Notes: generated by a model not told the origin, from the letters alone. 10,236 nucleotides of DNA from a virus (IMGVR_UViG_2974644367_000001:1-10236); one strand, 5' to 3'; counted from the stretch's first letter, positions 1 to 6,174 are shown. Program-made: numbers and translations.

Positions 1-20
1 TTAGCCACTTTTACATTTCG

Positions 21-828
21 TTAACAACTTTTTAACATCTCTGCAACATTCTATTCAGTCATCTGCATAACATCTTGACAACATTCTATTAACATTCCTG
101 TTACAACTCTTTAACGATTCTTTAACACGGTCATGTTAAGAGTCTGTTACAACCCTGTTAAAATTTCTCGATACAAATTAACATTTCGATAACATGGTGA
201 TTCAACTGTAAAGCCATTTGTCAAGTCTAATAAATTCTCTTCAAACCCTTGACAATCCTGATTAGTTGAGTTGTTAAGACCCTGTTAAAATCCTGTTAAG
301 ATTGTTAAAGAGAATGGGTAAATGTTAACGGATTAGATGAATTGTTAAGAGCTTTGGAGAGTTGTTAAGAGACTGTTAAGAGAATGTTGCAGATATGTTA
401 AGATTTTGCAAAGGAACGGTTAACTTCTGAGAAGCGGCCACTAAGTAGATATACAATTAATGTCAAAAATTGCATAAATCTTCAAAGTGACTATCCAATT
501 AACAGTAAAGAACAGTGGTTAAGATACCCTGTCAGATATGATGTGAACCCTTGCAGTGTCTGGTTTAGAGAAGAGGTACTGTTAATTTTTAAAAAATAGA
601 AAATTATCTGAAAAGTTACTGTCTGTTAAGATGAGATGTTAAGACGTAGGTTAAGATTGATTTTAAGGCACTTCTCAGCCCTTCTCAGAGGACTTCTCAG
701 ACAAGATGAGCAAACATACAGCTTACCAAGATAACGCCTTAGAGAGGCTTGTATGAGGCTTATGACGAATCCCTATGAGGATATGTTAAGAGGTGTGTTA
801 AGACTGGATGTTAAGAAGTGGGTTAAGA
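21..828. repeat. Non-coding array of TGTTAAGA/GGTTAAGA motifs (TTAACA orientation in the first ~185 nt)
   Basis: Exact TGTTAAGA at 134, 272, 294, 343, 363, 374, 396, 624, 637, 784, 796, 809; GGTTAAGA at 517, 649, 821; reverse-orientation TTAACA at 21, 32, 89, 122, 178. No ORF of 60 aa or more in 1-876. Confidence 0.85.
671..700 (+). repeat. Triple CTTCTCAG short direct repeat
   Basis: CTTCTCAG at 671, 681, 693; reverse complement CTGAGAAG at 427-434. Confidence 0.7.
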
Positions 829-843
829 ATTTTTTAGAAAAAT

Positions 844-865
844 AAAAAGCCTCTGAAAAGAGGCT
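844..865 (-). terminator. Rho-independent terminator closing the minus-strand operon
   Basis: AGCCTCT-GAAA-AGAGGCT stem (848-865) preceded by an A run (U tract on minus), 12 nt past the stop of CDS 877-1071. Confidence 0.8.
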
Positions 866-876
866 GTATAGAGGAA

Positions 877-1071
877 TCACAGTTTGGTGACAGGTCTGCC
901 GTTAATCAACATGTTCAGATGGAATGTTCTCACAATCTCTTCAGGAAACTGTAAAGCAACTTTCTTCCTTATCCGTTCTAATGTATCTGCGTTGTACGGT
1001 AATCCTTTGAACTCTTGCAAGCATTCTGTCAATTCAGCATACTGCTCAGGTGTAGCGTTCTTGTACATCAT
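877..1071 (-). CDS. Hypothetical protein, 64 aa (MMYKNATPEQ...)
   Basis: ATG at 1071 overlaps the TGA of the upstream gene (ATGA coupling); GGAGG at 1073-1077. The track's TTG start at 1080 lies upstream of, and overlaps, this SD. Confidence 0.7.
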   Translation of the reverse strand: MMYKNATPEQYAELTECLQEFKGLPYNADTLERIRKKVALQFPEEIVRTFHLNMLINGRPVTKL

Positions 1072-1301
1072 TCCTCCCAATATGACCAGTTCTCTTCAGC
1101 GGTATCTTTAGGGTCATACAGACGCCATTCACGACGATACATGTTGAAGGACATTGCACTGTAGCTATCAGTGACCGCTTCCATCTCACCTTTAGCGAGT
1201 TTCTTAGCAGTTTTGGAGTCACAGCCAGCACCTATCAAGAGATTCTTAAAGGTACGTCTAAACTGCTTCTTCCATTGGTTGTTCGTGTAACGATGTTTCA
1301 T
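1068..1301 (-). CDS. Hypothetical protein, 77 aa, basic N-terminus and Trp/acidic C-terminus
   Basis: GGAGA SD 9 nt upstream; ATGA overlaps at both ends. Confidence 0.75.
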   Translation of the reverse strand: MKHRYTNNQWKKQFRRTFKNLLIGAGCDSKTAKKLAKGEMEAVTDSYSAMSFNMYRREWRLYDPKDTAEENWSYWEE

Positions 1302-1462
1302 GAGAAAATCTCTCCAATCAGTTTTCCAAGACCATCAAGCAGATAACACAGTAAGAATGTGATTCCACTTGCCAGATACGGGTTCATCCACTCGAAGTGA
1401 TACACTACAACAAACACTAAGAGTGTTGCAAGTACATTTTCAAGAAATCTTCCGAGAATCAT
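1298..1462 (-). CDS. Small two-transmembrane membrane protein, 54 aa (not in ORF track)
   Basis: Hand translation MILGRFLENVLATLLVFVVVYHFEWMNPYLASGITFLLCYLLDGLGKLIGEIFS*; AAGGAA upstream; its TGA overlaps the ATG of the next gene. Confidence 0.7.
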   Translation of the reverse strand: MILGRFLENVLATLLVFVVVYHFEWMNPYLASGITFLLCYLLDGLGKLIGEIFS

Positions 1463-1492
1463 TCCTCTATTTCCTTGTATGTGATTCAGGTG

Positions 1493-1741
1493 TTACAGCT
1501 TTTTGAAAGTGACTGTACCGTTCTTTTCAGCAGCTTCTTTAGCAGCGTTGAAACGGTCAATCATATCAGATTTGCCAGAGGCGATGGCCTGATAATCCGG
1601 CTTTTCCGCACCGCAGTATTCGCACTGCACTACGTGCTTCGGTTCACCACCCTCAATGCCAGTGATAAACTCAGACGGGATTGTCATCTCTTTAAAGGAA
1701 CAACCAGCACCTGATGCAGAACACTCTGTGAAGTTATTCAT
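1493..1741 (-). CDS. Hypothetical Cys-containing protein, 82 aa (possible zinc ribbon)
   Basis: GGAGA SD 5 nt before ATG at 1741 (track start at 1753 overlaps the SD); CSASGAGC and CEYC motifs. Confidence 0.75.
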   Translation of the reverse strand: MNNFTECSASGAGCSFKEMTIPSEFITGIEGGEPKHVVQCEYCGAEKPDYQAIASGKSDMIDRFNAAKEAAEKNGTVTFKKL

Positions 1742-1761
1742 GTTACTCTCCAATAAATGTG

Positions 1762-1784
1762 AAAAAAGGACTCCGAAGAGTCCC
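1762..1784 (-). terminator. Rho-independent terminator downstream of endolysin
   Basis: On minus: GGACTC-TTCG-GAGTCC followed by T6; C(UUCG)G tetraloop. Confidence 0.85.
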
Positions 1785-1791
1785 TATTATA

Positions 1792-2265
1792 TCAAACGCC
1801 ATAGTTGCTGTGCAAGTAGATTTCAACTTCTTTTGCACGTCTGTTTACCAGACCCTTGCTCACGACTTTCTTACCCTTGACAGTGATTTTATTCCACAGT
1901 GCAAATGATGCAGCAGCGGCTTCAAAGTTCCCTGCAAGATGATTTCTCAGTACGCTTGAAGAAGCAAAGTTAGTCAATCCCACGTTATACGCGAAGATTA
2001 CAAGAGCGTCAAACTGATTCTGTGTTGTGCCTTTAACGGCCTTGACCAGATACTTTTCAACACCTGATTTGAAGTCATGCAAATCCAGAGCAAGTTCGGC
2101 TTTAGCAGCTTCGAGAGTTGTTGTATCACCCATCTTAACTTTTCTTGCACGAACACTGGTATCACCGAATCCAATAGTCGGTACACCTGCAACATCCAGA
2201 TATGCTTTTGCACTGAACCCTTCCATTACTTCAAGGGCTTGCTGACCTTTTTGAGAAACTTCCAT
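1792..2265 (-). CDS. Endolysin, GH24 phage lysozyme (muramidase), 157 aa
   Basis: Catalytic triad E15-X8-D24-X5-T30 (EGFSAKAYLDVAGVPTIGFG), plus QNQFDALVIFAYNVG and GLVNRRAKE motifs; GAGGT SD; no N-terminal SAR/TM segment. Confidence 0.95.
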   Translation of the reverse strand: MEVSQKGQQALEVMEGFSAKAYLDVAGVPTIGFGDTSVRARKVKMGDTTTLEAAKAELALDLHDFKSGVEKYLVKAVKGTTQNQFDALVIFAYNVGLTNFASSSVLRNHLAGNFEAAAASFALWNKITVKGKKVVSKGLVNRRAKEVEIYLHSNYGV

Positions 2266-2287
2266 TCATGATTACCTCACTAAATAT

Positions 2288-2309
2288 AAAAAGGACTCCG
2301 AAGAGTCCC
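2288..2309 (-). terminator. Rho-independent terminator between the Ig-like gene and endolysin
   Basis: Same GGACTC-TTCG-GAGTCC hairpin plus T5; 25 bp identical to the copy at 1763-1787. Confidence 0.85.
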
Positions 2310-2315
2310 TATGAG

Positions 2316-2936
2316 TTATGCTGCTGCAACTGTCACAGTCGCTGTATCGGTCTTCGCACCATCTTCGGTTGTTACCGTAATAGTCGCTGTACCTTCAGCT
2401 TTTGCAGTCACCAGACCGTTAGCATCAACGGTTGCTACAGACTCGTCAGAAGACTTGTAAGTAACTTTGCTGTTTGTTGCATTGTCAGGAGAGACCGTTG
2501 CAGTCAACTGACGAGTACCACCTACAGCAAGATTGTTAGTTTTCGGTGCAATTGCTACACCAGTGACGCTAACAGTCGTCGCTTTGATAACAGCATTAAG
2601 CTGTGAGAAGAACGGTTTGACTTTATCAGTCGGGTTGAGGATTTCTTCAATCTCGTAACCGTTCAGGGACAGATACTGAATATCGTGCAGGAAGTCAACC
2701 AGACGAACAACACGCGAAGCACTGTACATATTGGTTGCAGAGAACGGTACAGCACCTTTCGGTGTATATGTTCCGGTCATCTCTGTAGCGACATCCATCA
2801 GACGGTTCCAGCTACCTGAGTAGAAATAGCGTGGGAAGTAATAACTCTGAACTTTGCTGAAGTCAGTAATTTTACCGTCTGCTTTCGCTTTAGCGATAAC
2901 CGCTGCCACGAACTCGTTAAAGGTTTCTCTAGCCAT
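2316..2936 (-). CDS. Probable virion protein with C-terminal bacterial Ig-like (Big_2) domain, 206 aa
   Basis: C-terminal VTGVAIAP...QLTATVSPDNATNSKVTYKSSDESVATVDANGLVTAKAEGTATITVTT is a typical Big_2 pattern; AAGGA SD. Confidence 0.85.
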   Translation of the reverse strand: MARETFNEFVAAVIAKAKADGKITDFSKVQSYYFPRYFYSGSWNRLMDVATEMTGTYTPKGAVPFSATNMYSASRVVRLVDFLHDIQYLSLNGYEIEEILNPTDKVKPFFSQLNAVIKATTVSVTGVAIAPKTNNLAVGGTRQLTATVSPDNATNSKVTYKSSDESVATVDANGLVTAKAEGTATITVTTEDGAKTDTATVTVAAA

Positions 2937-2939
2937 TTC

Positions 2940-3560
2940 TTATCCTTCGTTCACAATGGTTTGGAGTTGGTTTTGCATTGCTGCAAGGTTACGGCGCTTG
3001 TCAAGAGTGATGCCATACTTTTCAACATACTCTACAAGCTCTTCCTTAGACTCTTTAGACATTGCAATGCTCATATCAAAAGGTTCAGAAGATTTCACAG
3101 TGTCTTCATCGTTCGTCTTAAACAGAGGTTCGATGTCGTCCTGTACTGGTTCATTCACTGTCTCAGGAATCTGTTCAGAGACTTCAGCAGACAGACCGTT
3201 CACCGTAGCACTGTAAGCACCGAGAGTCATAGTTGCAGACTTCACAGTTGCACCAGTTGGTTGCTTAATCAGAGCATTGCTCAGTGTTCTTAAAAGAGAC
3301 TCAGCATTCGGTGAATGAATGATTGAATCACCATCTTTAAGGTCAGTCCGATGAACAATTACATCAGGAGAAACCTCTTCAATGTCCTGTTTAACAGTGA
3401 CTTTAAAGTTTGGATTGAAAGGTGTCTTTGCAACGAAAGTGTTAGGGACATATTTAAAGCCCTGACCAATCTGATTGTACATTTCACCAATCAACTCAAG
3501 TGCAGTAGTACCCGAAAGGGTAACTGACTCATCAGGATTGAATGTTCTTTGAACAGTCAT
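2940..3560 (-). CDS. Hypothetical protein, 206 aa; acidic linker and C-terminal HeH/Rho-N-like helical module
   Basis: Long ORF, ATGA-coupled to the upstream gene; C-terminal SKEELVEYVEKYGITLDKRRNLAAMQNQL resembles helix-extended-helix modules (inference). Confidence 0.8.
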   Translation of the reverse strand: MTVQRTFNPDESVTLSGTTALELIGEMYNQIGQGFKYVPNTFVAKTPFNPNFKVTVKQDIEEVSPDVIVHRTDLKDGDSIIHSPNAESLLRTLSNALIKQPTGATVKSATMTLGAYSATVNGLSAEVSEQIPETVNEPVQDDIEPLFKTNDEDTVKSSEPFDMSIAMSKESKEELVEYVEKYGITLDKRRNLAAMQNQLQTIVNEG

Positions 3561-3775
3561 TTCAAATTCCTTCTATTCAGTAGGTAAAGAATTTTCATCA
3601 AGATTCGATTCTCATAGTCAGAGATAAAAATCTCTTCAGAGTTTCTTGACCGATTATTCAGGTCAGTCATAACACCTGCGTATTCAGAGTGCATTCCACC
3701 AAAGGCCAAACGATAGAGAAGATAATCTTCGTAGACCTCTTGGATTTCTGAACTGTTTAATAGAATACTGGACAT
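3557..3775 (-). CDS. Hypothetical protein, 72 aa (MSSILLNS...)
   Basis: AGGT SD 7 nt before ATG at 3775; TGA overlaps the next ATG. Confidence 0.7.
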   Translation of the reverse strand: MSSILLNSSEIQEVYEDYLLYRLAFGGMHSEYAGVMTDLNNRSRNSEEIFISDYENRILMKILYLLNRRNLK

Positions 3776-3784
3776 TACGACCAC

Positions 3785-3937
3785 CTACATAATCTTACCA
3801 TAACCTTGAAAGAAACGGTATAATGCTAATTCGTCGTCAGAGTAGTGCTCTGAAAGATGACTCTTGGCCTTTTGGGGAGACTTCTGATTATCTTTCGCTT
3901 TCTTTCTGACGGGTTTGTTTAAAATTGGTTGAGTCAT
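3785..3937 (-). CDS. Small basic hypothetical protein, 50 aa (not in ORF track)
   Basis: MTQPILNKPVRKKAKDNQKSPQKAKSHLSEHYSDDELALYRFFQGYGKIM*; AGGA SD 7 nt upstream; stop overlaps the SD of the next gene. Confidence 0.65.
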   Translation of the reverse strand: MTQPILNKPVRKKAKDNQKSPQKAKSHLSEHYSDDELALYRFFQGYGKIM

Positions 3938-4290
3938 TAGTAAATCCTAATAATGCCTCGCCCTACAGCTATGGAGTATATTCTCATAATATGGGTCTAA
4001 AGTCAAGCAATTTGTTGCATAAAATCGAAGAAAAAGTCATGAAAATCATCATTTTAACCCGATTTTTACTCATTTATGACGAAAAACCTCAAATATATGG
4101 TGATTCTCCACTTTACAGGTCTCTTTTTGTATGCTACACTCCGTTCTGTCATCTGAACAGGTTCTTTTTAAAGATTTCTTCTTATATTCTATCTGTTATC
4201 TATCTATCTCTAATTATCTCTTAAAAGTCTTTAAAGATAACTGTAAAGACGCACTCACGCCCACAAGCACACGCGAGGGCAAGAAACACC

Positions 4291-4318
4291 TTGACAAAAT
4301 GTCTATTAAGGTTAAAAT
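4291..4318 (+). promoter_or_regulatory. Sigma70-type promoter upstream of terS
   Basis: TTGACA (4291-4296), 16-nt spacer, TAAAAT (4313-4318). Confidence 0.6.
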
Positions 4319-4354
4319 TATTACTTGACATAATGTTTGATTGAGGATTTAATA

Positions 4355-4720
4355 ATGGCTAGAAAACATGCTGGTCAGTTCCGCAAGGGGCAATCTGGCA
4401 ATCCTGCTGGAAGACCGCGAGGAAGCAGAAATAAATCTTCTCTTGTCAAGGCTCAATTACTGCTTGACGACTCAAGTGAGATGTCTGTAAAATTGTTCCG
4501 CGCTCTTGTTACAAGAGATGCAGCACAACTTGCAGAGTTCGGACTTTCACCCTCTGACGTAAATGTCAAAGCGATGATGGAAGCAGCGAAAATCATTCTC
4601 ACTCAGTCTTCTTCAGAGATGAAAGCACTTGCATCTGACAAGAAAAAAGAAGATGATGTACCGGAACAGAAAGAGGAAGCTCCAACGTTCCAGAATGTTG
4701 CAAGAATTGGTTCAAAATAG
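4355..4720 (+). CDS. terS: Probable terminase small subunit (DUF5681-type N-terminus), 121 aa
   Basis: GAGGA SD 7 nt before ATG 4355; N-terminal QFRKGQSGNPAGRPRGSRNK motif typical of DUF5681/TerS; terL lies downstream on the same strand. Confidence 0.7.
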   Translation: MARKHAGQFRKGQSGNPAGRPRGSRNKSSLVKAQLLLDDSSEMSVKLFRALVTRDAAQLAEFGLSPSDVNVKAMMEAAKIILTQSSSEMKALASDKKKEDDVPEQKEEAPTFQNVARIGSK

Positions 4721-4723
4721 TTG

Positions 4724-4752
4724 TTGACAGATACGAAGTTGAATGTTACCTT
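4724..4752 (+). promoter_or_regulatory. Sigma70-type promoter opening the RNA island
   Basis: TTGACA-17-TACCTT with TGn extended -10. Confidence 0.55.
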
Positions 4753-4796
4753 GGTATCTGTTCTGAGAGAGCTTCAGAGGTTTCACAGAAATCTGT

Positions 4797-4869
4797 GCGG
4801 GTGTGGTGTAAAAGGGGAACATACATGGTTTTGCCCATGTGGATGAGGGTTCGACTCCCTTCACCTGCT
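4797..4869 (+). ncRNA. Atypical tRNA-like element (6-nt anticodon loop, G3.U70, no encoded CCA)
   Basis: Cloverleaf: GCGGGTG/CACCTGC acceptor, GTGT/ACAT D stem, CATGG-TTTTGC-CCATG, GAGGG-TTCGACT-CCCTT T arm. Confidence 0.7.
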
Positions 4870-4959
4870 GCTCTGAAGGTAGCCTGATGATGAATCGGGA
4901 GTAAATAACACGAGGCGACAGAACGCGCCTACTCTTAGAAAAATAAATTGAAAATCTTG

Positions 4960-4988
4960 TTGACAGGCTCCAATAAGTGCGATAAGAT
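4960..4988 (+). promoter_or_regulatory. Sigma70-type promoter for the tRNA cluster
   Basis: TTGACA-17-TAAGAT with A-rich UP-like tract upstream, just ahead of tRNA-Pro. Confidence 0.75.
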
Positions 4989-5011
4989 AGCTTCATAGTT
5001 TTAGAAAACAT

Positions 5012-5089
5012 CTCCGTTTAGCTCAGTATGGATAGAGTAGGCCGTTTGGGGCGGTCGGGTCGAAGGTTCAAATCCTTCAACGGAGACCA
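5012..5089 (+). tRNA. tRNA-Pro(TGG)
   Basis: CTCCGTT/AACGGAG acceptor, loop TT-TGG-GG, TTCAAAT T loop, ACCA. Confidence 0.95.
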
Positions 5090-5096
5090 AATTAAT

Positions 5097-5171
5097 GTCG
5101 TAGAAGGCAAACGGTTAGCCACCTGACCTTCAATCAGTTGCTCGCGGGTTCGAATCCCGTCTACGACTCCA
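5097..5171 (+). tRNA. tRNA-Glu(TTC)
   Basis: GTCGTAG/CTACGAC, loop CC-TTC-AA (C33), TCCA end. Confidence 0.9.
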
Positions 5172-5209
5172 AAATAAAGTTTGACAGGTACTTTGAATTC
5201 TGTCAGTAT

Positions 5210-5286
5210 GGGTCAGTAGCTTAATTGGGAAAGCATCTCACTTGCAATGAGAAGGATGAGGGTTCAAGTCCCTCCTGTATCCACCA
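5210..5286 (+). tRNA. tRNA-Ala(TGC), bulged acceptor stem
   Basis: GGGTCAG pairs with CTG(T)ATCC with one bulged T; G3.U70 and A73; loop CT-TGC-AA; ACCA. Confidence 0.85.
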
Positions 5287-5462
5287 AAACTTTAATGGTC
5301 TGGTCAAATTCTCCCTTAGAATCTTGACTGATAAACTCTCTGTAAGGATTCGCGGTTGCTTGCAGAGCTTTGGGATAGCATCTTCTAAGTCACGTGCTGA
5401 AGAATGCGAAATTGGAATGACCTTGCCGAAACGGTTAGTTTGTCCAGAGCCATTAAAGTTTT
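5286..5462 (+). ncRNA. Structured non-coding RNA of unknown family (~175 nt)
   Basis: Perfect 13-bp closing stem AAAACTTTAATGG/CCATTAAAGTTTT extended by TCTGG/CCAGA; internal hairpins CTCTGTAAG/CTTGCAGAG and GCATCTTC/GAAGAATGC. Confidence 0.65.
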
Positions 5463-5464
5463 AT

Positions 5465-5539
5465 AGCGGGATGGAGCAGTGGTAGCTTGCCAGTTTCATT
5501 ATCTGGAGGTCGTAGGTTCGAATCCTACTCCCGCTTCCA
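5465..5539 (+). tRNA. tRNA-Met(CAT), fMet-like body without initiator determinants
   Basis: AGCGGGA/TCCCGCT, D region TGGAGCAGTGGTAGCT resembles tRNA-fMet; loop TT-CAT-TA; TCCA. Confidence 0.9.
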
Positions 5540-5547
5540 AATTTAAA

Positions 5548-5623
5548 GGGTTTGAAGCACATATGGATGTGCGGCTGGCTGTTAACCAGATGGTAGTGGG
5601 TTCGAGTCCCACCTTTCCCGCCA
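5548..5623 (+). tRNA. tRNA-Asn(GTT), three U.U mismatches in acceptor
   Basis: GGGTTTG/CTTTCCC; loop CT-GTT-AA; GCCA. Confidence 0.85.
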
Positions 5624-5629
5624 ATTTAT

Positions 5630-5712
5630 GCGTCTATGGCAGAGATGGTCAATGCAGCGGTCTGTAAAACCGCCCCGAAAGGTTACTGGTTCGAGTCCAG
5701 TTAGGCGCACCA
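5630..5712 (+). tRNA. tRNA-Tyr(GTA)
   Basis: GCGTCTA/TAGGCGC, loop CT-GTA-AA, variable arm, ACCA. Confidence 0.95.
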
Positions 5713-5718
5713 AACAAT

Positions 5719-5792
5719 TGCGAAGTAGTGAAATGGCATCATACTGGTTTCATTATCCGGTGTAGGTAGTTCGAATCTACCCTTCGCATCCA
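5719..5792 (+). tRNA. tRNA-Met/Ile2(CAT), second copy
   Basis: TGCGAAG/CTTCGCA, loop TT-CAT-TA, TCCA. Confidence 0.85.
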
Positions 5793-5871
5793 AATTACTC
5801 AGTTTGGGTTGTTCTGAGTGACGTGTAGGGTATTACCCTTTAGAGCGTCGAATCAAAGACTCCTTAAAGTT

Positions 5872-5948
5872 GGGGATGTGGCAGACTTGGTAATTGTACC
5901 GCACTGTCTATGCGGAATATGAGGGTTCAAATCCCTTCATCCTCGCCA
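5872..5948 (+). tRNA. tRNA-Asp(GTC)
   Basis: GGGGATG/CATCCTC, CCGCA-CTGTCTA-TGCGG, GCCA. Confidence 0.93.
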
Positions 5949-5951
5949 ATT

Positions 5952-6170
5952 TCACCGGAAAGACTACCGTCCAACTGGTAACTGCCGTCTGGTATATGCG
6001 GTGATTCTACTTTGTAGCGTTCCTCTTATGAGGTGAATGGATGTCTCCTTTCCAAAGCACATTTAGATGAAATATACAGGTCTACAGCTTTTACTTAAAC
6101 GTTTCACCTCCTTGCGTTTAAGGTTTGGGCTACATAACTGAGTAGTCTCGCTCAGGGCGACAGAGAGACA
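5952..6170 (+). ncRNA. Putative structured RNA with anti-Shine-Dalgarno loop
   Basis: TCACCG/CGGTGA, TGTAGC/GCTACA, and CTTAAACG-TTTCACCTCCTTG-CGTTTAAG hairpin; no ORF. Confidence 0.5.
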
Positions 6171-6174
6171 AAAT

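Noticed and set aside
1-870. CRISPR array or IS ends
   Set aside because: Repeats are 8-nt motifs with irregular short spacing; no repeat-spacer periodicity and no transposase.
884-3293. Plus-strand track ORFs (884-1111, 1475-1714, 1656-1880, 2027-2245, 2077-2271, 2268-2606, 2854-3216, 2961-3293) and alternative-frame minus ORFs (1046-1231, 1998-2213)
   Set aside because: Antisense or out-of-frame shadows of a tightly coupled minus-strand operon with good SDs and terminators; no SDs or recognisable motifs.
3975-4010. Promoter for the minus-strand operon (TTGACT at 4001-4006)
   Set aside because: No -10 element at 16-18 nt spacing could be matched convincingly.
3925-4328. ORFs 3925-4224 and 4131-4328
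   Set aside because: No SD, low-complexity hydrophobic translation typical of AT-rich intergenic DNA; the first overlaps the start of the opposite-strand gene.
4325-4353. TTGACA-17-TTTAAT just before terS
   Set aside because: It overlaps the terS SD and would start transcription downstream of the ATG; role unclear.
4759-4934. YrlA/Y RNA
   Set aside because: Arm order is that of a normal tRNA rather than the permuted YrlA layout, and no Ro60 gene is in the window.
5181-5209. TTGACA-17-CAGTAT as the promoter of tRNA-Ala
   Set aside because: The -10 abuts the tRNA 5' end, so transcription would start inside the tRNA; not listed as a feature, kept only as part of the inverted-repeat observation.
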